NCBI RefSeq assembly: GCF_000143415.4
Contig: NW_003314321.1
Location: 1,064,236-1,128,235, forward strand
From: Selaginella moellendorffii
Lineage: Eukaryota; Plantae; Lycopodiophyta
DNA length: 64,000 nucleotides
Direction: 5' to 3'
Of the stretch, positions 12,920 to 25,060 are shown piece by piece. A program made the position numbers and the translations under genes. How positions within the stretch are numbered: position 1 is the first letter of the stretch; every line of letters starts with the position of its first letter. The notes under the pieces are model-generated. The model was given only the letters and a program-made list of their open reading frames with translations. It was not told where the DNA came from and searched no databases.

Positions 12920-13991
12920 ATGAAGATCTCCTCGTCGTTGCTCTGTTTGCTCTCGATCCTCGCATCGCTGCTACTCAGCGATGCGCGCCTGGTGGGCTTC
13001 CACGATCTGAAGCGCGCGCTCGTCCCCGAGACGCCGCTCGTCCTGGATTACCACGGCGGGCCGCTGCTAGCAGGGAAAGGATCGCTCGACATCTATCTCG
13101 TGTGGTATGGCAGCTTCACGCCCGCCCAGAAATCCATCGTCCGGGACTTCTTCGCGTCCTTCGATGCCAAGGCGGCCAAGGTAGCTCCAACGCTGCCCTC
13201 GGTGTCCAAATGGTGGGAGGTTACCGCGCGGTACAAGGATGGCAATGGCACCCACGTCTTCGAGGCCATCAAGGTCGTCAAGGAGATCCAGGACGACTAC
13301 TCCATGGGCAAGAAGCTGGATCGCAATGGCACCCAGGAGCTCATCCTGCGCAACGTCTTCTCGGGCAGATTCCCAATGGACACCGATTCCTTCTACCTCG
13401 TCCTCACTGCCAAGGTAAGAATGTGGGCTCAATGTGGCTCGATTCCATCGCGCTAACTCGCTCTAATCGATCCATCCATCGCAGGACGTCGCGGAGCACG
13501 GATTCTGCCAGCAGAGCTGCGGCTACCACCGCCACACCAACGAAACCCTAGAGCCGGCCAAGGACCCGACCATGCCGTACGGCTGGGTGGGCGACTCGAC
13601 CGTACAGTGCAGCGGGCGGTGCGCGTGGCCGTTTGCCCATCCGCGCGACTTCTTCGGGCCGGACAAGGAGCCGTTGCTACCGCCCAACGGTGACGTGGGC
13701 ATGGACGGCCTCCTCATCAACGTCGCCACGGTACTCATCGGTGCCGCCACCAATCCGTACGGCACGGGCTACTACCAGGGCCACCACCACGCCCACCTGG
13801 GCGCCGCCACCGCCTGCGCCGGGATCTACGGCAAGGGCGCCTTCCCCGGGCACCCCGGCGAGCTCCTCGTGGACTCCAAGTCGGGCGCCAGTTACAACGC
13901 CTATGGCATCAATGGCCGCAAGTTTTTGCTCCCCGCGGTCTGGGACCCCGACACCAAGAAGTGCGCATATCCCGCGCCCACTCCCATTTGA
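12920..13991 (+). CDS. EXORDIUM-like / phosphate-induced protein 1 (PHI-1) family secreted protein
   Basis: Signal peptide, then LDYHGGPLL, IYLVWYGSFTPAQKSIVRDF, PSVSKWW, FCQQSCGYH, WVGDSTVQCSGRCAWPF, PPNGDVGMDG, GASYNAYGINGRKFLLPAVWDP. Exons 12920-13414 and 13485-13991. Confidence 0.93.
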
Positions 13992-14107
13992 TTCCCCTTT
14001 GATTCCACCCATCCATCGCTACTACAAATCCTCTCCTTTGTTTGTATACAGCTGCCAGAAGTGAGATACACTCGGCAAGCGCTAGCATTTCTATGATTAT
14101 TCGGAAA

Positions 14108-14215
14108 AGATTCTCCTTCTAAGGAATAGTCGCAAAAGATTCCCCACCTAAAGAATATTCGTCGAGGATAGGATATTCGTAGCTAGAAAATATTCTCCCG
14201 TCGGAAAGAATATGC
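14108..14215. promoter_or_regulatory. Cluster of P1BS-type (GNATATNC) and GARP-type (AGATTC) sites
   Basis: GAATATTC 14153, GGATATTC 14171 and GAATATGC 14208; near-match AAATATTC 14188; AGATTC at 14108 and 14137. Confidence 0.5.
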
Positions 14216-14269
14216 TTCCTCCTTCCCTTCTGCCCTAGATTTCTAGGGCTTGGGCAGGGGCGTTTGGCG

Positions 14270-16954
14270 ATGGGCGCGAGCAATGCGCAGGCGCAGGCGC
14301 AGCAGCACCAGAATGGGGGGAACAACAAGGGCAGCAGCAACATCAGCCACAACAATTCGAGCTCCGAGTCGGAGGATTGGGGCGAGGAGCCGTGGACGGT
14401 GGACTGCCCCTGCGGCGTCACCTTCGACGATGGCGAGGAGATGGTGGAGTGCGACGAGTGCGGCGTGTGGGTGCACACCTCCTGCTGCCAGGTCTCCAAG
14501 TCCGTCTCCACCTACGTCTGCGACAAGTGCAAGGAGAAGAAGCGCAAGGAGAGGGAGGAGTCGGAGGTGGCGCAACTGCTGGTGGAGCTCCCCGGCAAAT
14601 CGGTGAGTTTTGACGAGAGAAACTTGGGCAGGATCATGAACACTGACACGGCTGTGGGACAGTCTTGCGAGGTGCCCGTCCCGCGCAAAGTCCACGAGCA
14701 CGGCGCCCCCGGGGGAGACGCCTCCATCTTTGTTGGTGTTTCGAGCGTCTTCTCGCAGCAGCTGTGGAAGTGCGCCGGCTACGTCCCAAAGCTGCTCCAC
14801 GTCCAGTACACGGAGATCCCAAACTGGCACTACGAGGCTCGCACCGAGACGGCCTGCTTGTTCGAGCTCTGCAAGCCAGCGCTCAAGGAGTCCCCTCCTT
14901 CCAGGGGCTGCAAGAAGGTAAAGGCGGAGCACCAGGAATGCAAGCTCTCCAACGTCGACGGGGATGTCCAGCCGGTGGGTGATGACGAGGGCGGAGGTCG
15001 CAGGGACAGGCATGGCAAGAAGCTCGAGGTGATCAGGCACACCAAGCACAAGTATAAGTTCCGGGGACTCAAGGATGACAAACAGCAGCACAACTCGCAG
15101 AGCAAAAGGACGAGGGAGGATGTCAAGGAGCAGCACTACAGCAGGAAGAAGATGAAGGCTGGCCTGGATTCATGCAAGGGCGACCAACACCACAGAAAAG
15201 CGCAATCGCCCAAGAACCCGAAAGCGATGAAAAAGAATGCTGTCCAGGAGTTCATGGACGGAAACTTAAGGCTTTGTAGCAAGTGCTTGAGACCGGAGCC
15301 GAGTAGCAGTGACGAGCAAGGTACGTTTCTTCTTTTCCCTTCTTTCTGTGGATCTCGCGTCATGCATCGCTATTGTTGCAGGTAACGCGTCGAAGCAATT
15401 TGTCTGTGTCGACTGTCAAAAGCCTCGACTCTCCACAAAGAAACAGGACACGGAGGTAGTAAGATCGAGATTGCATGCCGTCTGAATGCTTTTGTACAGA
15501 GGAGAGGGTATGGGAAGGCAACGAGATTACTCTTTTCGTTTTTCTTTGTTTTGCTGGATTCCTTGTCTTGATTTTCGGTCGTTTCTTACCGCTGGATTTT
15601 CTGCAGGGTCCCCCACCTCAGAGGGAAGACCAGTGCAAAAAACTGAAAAGCGATCCCACAAATTCCTCTCAGAATGTTTCGCCTATAACAGCGAGTACCG
15701 AGCTCCCGAAGCAAGCTTTGGACAGCTCCTTGGAACTTCCTTCCCCCGAGGTAGAGTCTGTGGATCATTCCAGCTTGGTTAAGCAACAGCAAGCTGGAAA
15801 GCCTCCTCACGGAGTTGATGATACCAAGAAGTTGGAACACAAGGGCTGTCAACTCAGTGTCAGGACGACTTTCTCAAAGTCAGACATTCCGTCGCCGGCT
15901 TCTATCAATTCGGGGGGTCCGAGCGTGAAATCATTCGGAGAGAATGCGACCCCGAGCTCGCCAACTAATCAGAAGCCAGCTGCTGCAGTCAAGGCTTCAC
16001 ATTTGCCGCCGCCTGCTTCTGCTGCGAAGACGGCAATGAAATCTTCAGCACAAAGCACCAAGTCGTCGACTTCCTCTAAACAGACGGTTGTCGCTCCTGC
16101 TTCCCTTGCGCTCAAGAAGTCTGACTCGGCAAAGAGCTCCAACGTGCCACTTAAATCTCCATCTTCTCAGCCTAGCAGCTCGAAGCAGTTAACTACATCC
16201 AAGACGCCACTCGCGCACACGAGCAGCAAGCCCAGTCATGGTAGTAGTACTCTGCCTAGAAAGTCTGGAAGCAAAGATGGCGGAGACAGAACAAAGGACG
16301 ACAAGGGAAGCTTGTTTAAGTCGAGTGGATCGTCTCCAGGAGCTTCATCTCCAGCTGCGCCATTAAATGACGAGGAGGTACCCAGCAATTGTTTTTCTCC
16401 TTTTCACTTATAGTGATACATTCTTCTTGGCAGCTGGCGCTACTGCTCCATCAAGAGCTCAATAGCTCCCCGAGAGTTCCGAGAGTTCCAAGAGTGCGTC
16501 AAGCTGTGTCGTCTGCCTCGGCACAGCCTTCAAACATTCTCACAAAACGAACGCTGGGAAGCAGCAGCTCTTCCAAGGAGCACCGCTTGGTTCGTACGCT
16601 TGTCTCATCGCTTGGTTAGCCTCTGAGAGTTTTCCTTTATATGATGTCATCCAGATGTGGAGAAAGCGTCACAGGGAGGAGAGCTGCCGCGGGAACTCGA
16701 GCAGATTCAGTGAGACGCCTCACTTGAGGAGACACGACGAAGGAACAAAGACGGACGACGAGGCAGCGAGTAGCCGAGCGGATTCCCCCGAGCTTTCAGA
16801 GGGCGGTGGCGGTGAAAACACCCAGCACAACGAGGCGGGGACTGCATCGTCGAAGAAGCACATTGCCGATGCCGATGAAACTTCGCAAGGTGGTGGCGGT
16901 GACAAAGTAGCGAGCGAAGCAGCGGCCTTTGTTTCTCCACGCCAAAGGGGGTGA
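14270..16954 (+). CDS. PHD-finger protein (At1g32810/At4g10600-like); 3' end uncertain
   Basis: N-terminal PHD: WTVDCPCGVTFDDGEEMVECDECGVWVHTSC..YVCDKC. Also ESEVAQLLVELP, a second CxxC..CxxC split over exons 1-2, and LNDEE|LALLLHQELNSSPRVPRVPR. Further exons up to ~17436 are possible. Confidence 0.8.
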
Positions 16955-18208
16955 TGGAAGCATTCTTCTTGTCTTCCTTTCCGGTTTCATTGGCAGGCTG
17001 ACTTTGTGTGCATTACAGTGTACAGTAGCGTGGAAAGCAAACTCTTGTAGACTACTACTAAGGTACTCCACTTTCCTTTCACGTTTTTAGTGACTTTTTT
17101 CTCCGATGACACGCACAGGTTTTTCAGCGTGAAAGAGAGAGAGAGGGAGACAACGCAAAAACTCGCTTTGGCACAGACAAGGCTGCTTTCTTCCTGGCTA
17201 TGCAGTGTAAGGAGCGTGCCAAAGCAAAGTCGCGCTGGATGTCAGTGGCCGCAGCTGCGAAAGAAAAAGATGGACGATTTAAAAAGGATGGAGCTGGAAC
17301 AAAGGCTTCATCTCCCTCCAGCCGAGAGAGAGAGACCGAATTTTTTGTGAACTTTCCTCTTCTTTCGCTTTGTCTAGGCGAGGAAAGGAGACAAATTTTG
17401 CCAGTGGGCCGCGACCCAAATGCCCAGGAAATCTAGCTCCAAGCTGGGCATCCTTGTGCGCCACCCAGCTAGCCTGCTTTGTCGTTTGCATGGTGCCGAC
17501 ACGTCAATTAGGTCAAAAGGTGGCCATTTTCTAATTTTCCACCTTGTTTGTAAGATCTTTGGTTGCGTGGTGGTAAACTCTACACACTCTAGAATGCCAG
17601 CCATGCATGGTCATGGATGACGTTATCAGTCCACCCAGCCAGCTGGCGGTCCCCATGCAATGCCAATGGCACTGCAAGCTAAGCTCTTTAGAATCATTGA
17701 GCAAATGATCCCATGCCAAGGTACGGCTATCCAATCTCCTGGTGCCACGTGCCGGATGTTACCGCGAGAGTTACCGCTGGCGAGGATTTACGAATATGCC
17801 CCTCCCCCAACGGCTGGACAGCGGGTCTTCACTTCACCCCGGCTACCTCCGCCAATCTAACATCCGCTAGTTAAGTTTAGCAGTGTTTTTATTTATCTAG
17901 CGTATGAAGAAGATGAGAGGAAAAAGAGAGAGAGAGGCGCTTTCTCTCTTTTGTTCTTGAACCGTGTGTTTTCGTGACAGAGGCAGGGCATTTTTCTTGT
18001 TTCGTCTTGTTTGGCGAGATCGAGGGCGAGGAGCGGTGCTCCAGCGCGCCGGCCGCCATCGCCGCTGCTAGATCCGCCACAGCAGCGCACGGCATTCCGA
18101 TCGATCGGCGGGCTGGGGTTTCTTTCGCGGGAAGGAATGGAGGGGAGCTGAGGTCTAGCCGCTGGTAATCGTGGCTGTCGAGCATCGCCGTGGAGAAATT
18201 TCGGGCAG

Positions 18209-21200
18209 ATGGAGGCGAATGCGGGCCTCGTCGCTGGATCGCACATCAGGAACGAGCTTCTTGTCATCCGGGGAGATGTGGTGAGTGATTGTGCGTGGTG
18301 ATGGTGCTCCATTCTTATGTTTCCTCGCGATCTCCCGCGAATGTAGGTGAAGCCTCTCAACCACGCGGAGCAGCAGGTGTGCCAAATCTGTGGCGACGAC
18401 GTTGGCCTGACCGTGGATGGGGATTTGTTCGTCGCTTGCAACGAATGCGCGTTTCCAGTGTGTCGCCCTTGCTATGACTACGAAAGAAAGGATGGGAACC
18501 AGGCGTGCCCACAGTGCAAAACACGCTACAAGCGTCACAAAGGTACTTTACCCATGCCTTCAAATCCTCCCAGCCGATGGATAGATAGACTCTCTAGCTG
18601 GGTACTACGATAGGATAGCGAGAGGGCACTAACACTCCTCGGTGGAAATCGTGGACAGGCAGCCCGCGAGTGGAAGGGGACGACGATGAAGAGGAGTTCG
18701 ATGACTTGGATAGCGAGTTCAACATCCACGACGAGGTTGACAAGATGGACAGGCAGCAGCTAGCGGAGGCTATGCTCCACGGCCGGATGAGCTATGGTCG
18801 GGCAGAAGACCACGAAATTGAGATGCCTGGCTTGCAACCTCCTGTTCCTCTTCTTACAAACGGGCAAATGGTATGTAGCTTTGGAATTCCTTTCCCTTCT
18901 GTTATCCAAAGTCTAGTCTAAGCAATGCTGCTGATAGGATGGGAGCGATGTGGATGTCATTCCACCTGATCATCACGCTTTGATTGTTCCTTCAAATTTT
19001 GGGCCCGGTGGAAAACGTGTTCATCCCCTTCCATACAGTGACAACCTTCCAGGTACGTAAGCCGATGGAAGCTTGCATTGTTCCAACGTCTCTTTGATTG
19101 ATGAAATTTCAGTCCAAATTCGATCCATGGATCCTTCTAAAGATCCGTCTTCGTATGGATACGGGAGTGTCGCATGGAAGGAAAGATTAGAGAGCTGGAA
19201 ACAGAAGCAAGATAAGCAGGTTATGATGACTGAAGGCCATCTTGGCTCTGGTGGTAAAGGATATGACATCGATGGAAATCCGCTTGATGGCCCGGAATTG
19301 CCGATGTAAGCTTTTTCTTTCGCTTTGTCACGAGCCGCTACTGATTCTTGTCTGCAGTATGGATGAGGCGCGACAGCCACTATCACGAAAGGTTCCTTTA
19401 CCTTCAAGCAAGATTAATCCCTACCGTATGGTTATCGTTCTTCGGCTGGTCATTCTAGGATTCTTTTTCCGCTATCGGCTCCTCAACCCTGTCCCAAATG
19501 CTTTCGGCCTCTGGCTTACGTCAGTTATTTGCGAGATATGGTTTGCATTTTCATGGATTCTTGATCAATTTCCAAAATGGTTTCCTATCAATCGGGAAAC
19601 TTATCTAGACAGGCTCTCTCTAAGGTCAGTTCTCAGTTTGGTATTCTACAAACGCATCCTACTAACGCCTTGATCGATCGTTCAGGTACGAGAGGGAGGG
19701 CGAGCCGTCACAGCTCGCTGCGGTGGACATATTTGTCAGTACAGTGGATCCCATGAAGGAGCCCCCACTCGTTACGGCAAACACTATTCTATCAATTCTT
19801 TCAGTCGATTATCCGGTTGATAAAGTCTCATGCTACGTTTCCGATGATGGTTCAGCCATGCTTACCTTTGAAGGTCTTTCAGAGACATCAGAATTTGCAA
19901 GAAAGTGGGTTCCATTCGTCAAGAAGTATAACATTGAGCCTCGAGCACCGGAGATGTACTTCGCGCAAAAGATAGACTATCTCAAGGACAAAGTGCAGCC
20001 GAGTTTCGTAAAAGAGCGTCGGGCAATGAAGGTATTGAATCTTGATGCGATATTATTCAGCCTGCTTCTAAATGTTGCTTTGAATTTGCAGAGAGAGTAC
20101 GAAGAGTTCAAAGTTCGAGTGAACGCAATGGTTGCAAAGGCGCAGAAGGTGCCCGAGGAAGGTTGGACGATGCAGGATGGAACACCTTGGCCTGGAAACA
20201 ATACGCGGGATCACCCCGGAATGATACAGGTAATAGAGACGAGAATAGTAAATATTTGTTGTCTTTACATGTAGAGGTTGTTTTCAGGTGTTTCTGGGTC
20301 ACAGCGGAGGCCATGACACCGAAGGCAACGAGCTACCCCGCTTGGTTTATGTTTCCCGTGAAAAGAGACCAGGTTTTAATCATCACAAAAAAGCCGGTGC
20401 TATGAATGCCTTGGTAAAGGAAGTTATTACTCTGGCATGGTAGTTCTGATGTTTAATTGTGTGCAGGTTCGGGTTTCAGCAGTTCTGACAAATGCTCCCT
20501 TCTTACTTAACTTGGATTGCGATCACTACATCAACAACAGTAAAGCACTCCGGGAAGCAATGTGCTTTATGATGGATCCTACAATGGGCAAGGGTGTCTG
20601 CTACGTGCAGTTTCCGCAAAGATTCGATGGTATTGATAGGAATGACCGGTATGCAAATCACAACACTGTTTTCTTCGATGTAAGTATGCATTGCGCCGTT
20701 TTGGATTGTAGTTTATAACCTGTTCCTCTGCAGATCAACTTGAAAGGTCTGGACGGTTTGCAAGGCCCAGTTTACGTCGGCACCGGTTGTACCTTTCGAA
20801 GGCAAGCGTTATATGGCTATGACCCTCCCAAGAAAACCAAGGCTAGAAGATCTCTTAACTTGTTTGGTCCAAGAAAAAGAAGCAAGGACTCAAGCTCAAA
20901 ATCGAAGAAAAAGTCTAGTAGCAAGCGGACGGATTCAAATTTGCCGGCTTTCTCGTTGGAAGATTTGGAAGAAGGTACGTACCATACTTTTCTTTGCTTT
21001 CGATATGTTTGACAAAAAGAAATTGCTCGTATTTTCCAGGTACAGGGGATGCAAAGTCTCTTCTTTCTTCTGAGAAATTCTTTGAGAAAAGATTTGGACA
21101 ATCACCAGTATTTGTTTCGTCAACTTTACTCGAACAAGGAGGAGTTCCCGAGGATGCTAGTCCCGCATCTCTTCTGAAAGAAGCGATTCATGTCATAAGC

Positions 21201-22281
21201 TGTGGTTACGAAGACAAAACGGAATGGGGGAAAGAGGTACGCTACACTACTACACATTTATCATCAGCTGTCTCTAATCTCTGTTCGCTTTCTAGATTGG
21301 GTGGATATATGGTTCAGTTACGGAGGATATTTTGACTGGATTTAAGATGCATTCTCGCGGCTGGAGATCGATATACTGCATGCCTGCGAGGCCTGCATTC
21401 AAGGGCTCGGCTCCAATCAACCTGTCGGATCGTCTGCATCAGGTGTTGCGATGGGCCCTGGGCTCGGTGGAGATTTTGCTGAGCAGACATTGTCCAATAT
21501 GGTATGGGTATTCCGGCCGGTTGAAATGGCTGCAAAGGCTGGCTTACATCAACACCATTGTCTATCCACTGACGTCGATTCCTTTGGTGGCATACTGCAC
21601 TCTACCGGCAGTATGCTTGCTCACAAACAAGTTTATCATTCCCACGGTAAGATTTTTAGACTTTTGCTTCTGACGCGAGCAGCTTTCTTTCTTTTCCAGA
21701 TAAGCAACTTCGATAGCTTGTGGTTTATCTCGTTGTTCCTTTCCATCTTCGCAACGGGTATCCTGGAGCTCCGCTGGAGCGGCGTCGGTATTGATGAGTG
21801 GTGGAGGAACGAACAGTTTTGGGTGATTGGTGGCGTCTCCTCCCACTTGTTTGCGGTCTTCCAGGGGCTGCTCAAGGTGCTGGCCGGCATCGACACGAAC
21901 TTCACGGTAACATCCAAGTCCGCAGATGACGAAGACTTTGGCGAGCTCTACGAGTTCAAGTGGACGACTCTCCTCATTCCCCCGACGACGCTGATCATTG
22001 TCAACTTAGTGGGAGTTGCCGCGGGGATCTCGGACGCAGTGAACAACGGGTATCAATCCTGGGGTCCTCTCTTCGGCAAGATCTTCTTCGCATTCTGGGT
22101 GATCGTGCATCTATACCCGTTCCTCAAGGGTCTCATGGGAAGGCAAAACAGGACTCCAACGATCGTGGTGGTGTGGTCCATCCTTCTAGCATCGATCTTC
22201 TCGCTGCTGTGGGTGCGAATCAATCCTTTCCTGCAAAAGGTACAAGGTCCCAATCTGGAGCAGTGTGGCATCAACTGCTAG
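18209..22281 (+). CDS. CESA: Cellulose synthase catalytic subunit (GT2), complete multi-exon gene
   Basis: [12 protein letters not shown] and RING-type zinc finger [22 protein letters not shown]. Catalytic motifs SDDG, DCD, VTEDI, QVLRW. Ends [15 protein letters not shown]. Confidence 0.98.
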
Positions 22282-22479
22282 AAGAGAGTTTTGTTTATAC
22301 ATCTTTGGAGGAAGAGGGGAGTCTTTTTTTGTTACGCGCGTCCTACGCACCAGCGAGAGAATGTACAATGGATGCACACCTCCTCCATGAATCTTGGATA
22401 TAGGGAACAAATTAGCAAACTCCATTATAAGTCATATGCCGTAGATCATCTGTGGCCGTTGGATCCCAGGGTTTTGGCG

Positions 22480-25005
22480 ATGGAGGAAATGGAGTGTGAG
22501 GGTGGTTACACTGTGTGCTATTGCGTGATCAAGGCGCAGGAGCGCCTAGATCCCACTATTAGGGCTCTGAAGAGACATTCTTCTGCGACTGCTGATGATG
22601 TAGCGGTCGGAACACCGCTGGGTGATGTAGTAACGAGGATCAAACAGGACAACGGTGTCTCTCATGTTTATTTGCTGCATACAAAGGAGTCACGGTGGAT
22701 TAAAGTTACTGACAGTCATTTGGCATTGAGTTTCTCAGAGGGAGCTTTCGTCTATCTCAAGTTTGTGAAAGGTGCAAGTTGGTTCGTCTTGCTTGTGTGT
22801 TTTTATGACTTTCATTGTTTTCATGTTTTGCTGTCATGTATGTTCTTGGATCTTTGATTTTGTGATTGATTTATTAACAAACATGTTTCTGTTGCAGATC
22901 ATGCTGCAGGTAAGCACTCTGCAGTCCGGTAGTGTAAGCAAGAAATTTTCTCATTGCATTTGCGAAATATTTGTGCACCCGTGCCTTCAAACCCGCTTTT
23001 GCTATTATAGGATCTGATAGCCCTTGATCAAAGCCTTCTTCCCCTGTTGTTATCCCATTTGTTCTTCAACATTCTTTCACTGCATTCTGAGTGATTCGTT
23101 TCTGATATTGTTTCGTTGACTTTTCTTTTTACTCACTTTAGTCAGCGCGTATCTAAATCTGGGCTTAGTAAGTGACGGCTTACTCGCAAGAGAGGAGTAT
23201 TTCACGCCAAGGAACTCAGCGATAGAGAAGTTGTTACAACTCGTTCAGCAGAAAGGTGCCGTCCTGATACAGGCTCCGCCTCAGAGCGGAAAGACGTCTT
23301 TCCTGCAGTTGGCATATCGGAAAGCAAAATACTTGCCAAACTGGAAAGCTGTTTATCTTATCAGTCTTGCTACTGTCAATGACCTTACCTTCAAGGAGCT
23401 TCTCAAGCTTACTTGTGGTAAGTGTAGCGTCTGCACGTTGAGTTGAATTAATTCCCTGTGCTACAGATGTTGAGGTGGCGGATCTCCTTGGCCCCGGTGG
23501 TCCGAAAAGGCTTCTTTTAGTTGATGAAGCCCAGACTGCATTTGGCCGTGACTTGGTGTTATGGAAAACTCTGAAGCAAGTGCAGGGGGGTTACCAGGGG
23601 CAACACTCACCCAACTTGAACATAATTCTTTCATCAGATTATGGAGCAGAAGACGTCCCTGGAGCTATGATTCCAGTGTGGTGGGATACTTTCAACAGAG
23701 ATCGAATTCTCTTAAGGTAAGCTTGATCTGCTCAAGGGTTTTTATGCATATAAATTGTTTTCCAGGCCTTCAGGTGATCATGGTCTTTCTTTGCAATTCA
23801 GTGATGAGGAGGCAGTAGACCTATGGCTAGCATGGATGCCGTACTACAGATTCCCAGACCTTGGTGATGAATTACGAGATTGGATTATCCGGCTGTCTGA
23901 TAAGCAGCCAGGAGTTATGACGGGAATTTTGGATTGGCTTGCGGACACTGCGATTCGGATGAGGCCGAGCACGCTAAGTGAGTACTTCGTCCACACGCTG
24001 CAGACGACCGATTTCTCTATCATTCTTGCCAATTGTCGGAGCATACAATTGTAAGCCGTGCTGTTTCTTGAAGGTTACAATAGTCTGACAGGATATGCAG
24101 GTTCTACCGCAAAATTTACAGTCGCTCTGGTGTTTACCGTTCCTTAATAATGTGCTTACTTGAGAATATCGAGGTATGCATTCGCTTGGTAGATCTTGAT
24201 CTGTTTGACATGTCCTCTGATCTTAGTTGTCGCATGAATGGATTTCGCAAGAGATGCAAGACGCTGTCCATGAGCTACTTCTGTGTGGCCAGCTTATCAA
24301 GAATCAGCGGGGAAATTACTGTTTGCCTTCTAAAGTGCACGAACGTTTTTACTCCAGGCGCATCTACAAGGGTATACTGTCGGTAGCAGAGGTAGGTGCC
24401 CTGGGAATCAAGGTGTTTCTTGTCAGGGTTTTGGAGTGCTTCTCGTCGAAGGTGTTACGAAACAGCTTTTCACGGGGTCAAGAAGATGGGGATGATACCA
24501 CCCCGTACGAGCACCACCTGGAAATGGAGTTTTACAAGTATGTGACTTAGATCTGTTTCTTTTCTCACATGAATGTGTTGCAGGTCAGTATGCTCCTTGC
24601 TTGATCCAGACATTTGCCTATGTCCCGACGTGGGACCTCATTTCGGTGTCAAAGGCTTCGCTGATTACTATTTGGCACAGTTTGGCTGGTTTTTTCAACT
24701 GATGAGGAAGGGTACAGAGGCCACAAGACATTCGCATCTTGAGAGGTAAGTAGAGTTCAAAGCATTTTCCTTGTTTTTTTACTTGTACTATTTCTTTATG
24801 TTCCAGATTCAGGCAGAACGGCCGGTACTGGCCCCTGTTTATTGGACCGCTCAAGGCTTACGTTATGATTGGTATAGTGAATGAGGCAGAATTTGTGGAT
24901 AACATGCCAGATGAGGATGGGACATATGTGTTTGCTGTTACATTTGCTTCTGATTTCAAAACAGCAATGGTTTTTCCGGATGGGCTCACTGCTCATCTTC
25001 TTTAG
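22480..25005 (+). CDS. Crinkler (CR)-type effector-like protein: N-terminal header + P-loop NTPase + PD-(D/E)xK restriction-endonuclease-like domain, ~619 aa
   Basis: Exons 22480-22771, 22898-22909, 23142-23417, 23467-23716, 23766-24050, 24101-24173, 24227-24537, 24584-24745 and 24807-25005 are all GT-AG, total 1860 nt, with no internal stop. Walker A QAPPQSGKTS; Walker B RLLLVDEAQ; C-terminal PYEHHLEMEFYK..CPDVG..GFADYY..GWFFQLMRKG..HLERF..GRY. Confidence 0.75.
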
Positions 25006-25060
25006 TTATTGTGATATCTTTAGAATTGTGTAAGCTAAGTTAAAGTAATATAGTCAGCTT

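Noticed and set aside
16955-17436. Additional 3' exons of the PHD gene (QWPQLRK-like stretch)
   Set aside because: I could not build a consistent spliced frame matching the family C-terminus, so the end is left uncertain.
6630-22281. MYB55/61-like gene and CesA as a secondary-wall regulon cluster
   Set aside because: They are separated by four unrelated genes and I saw no convincing MYB-site cluster upstream of CesA.
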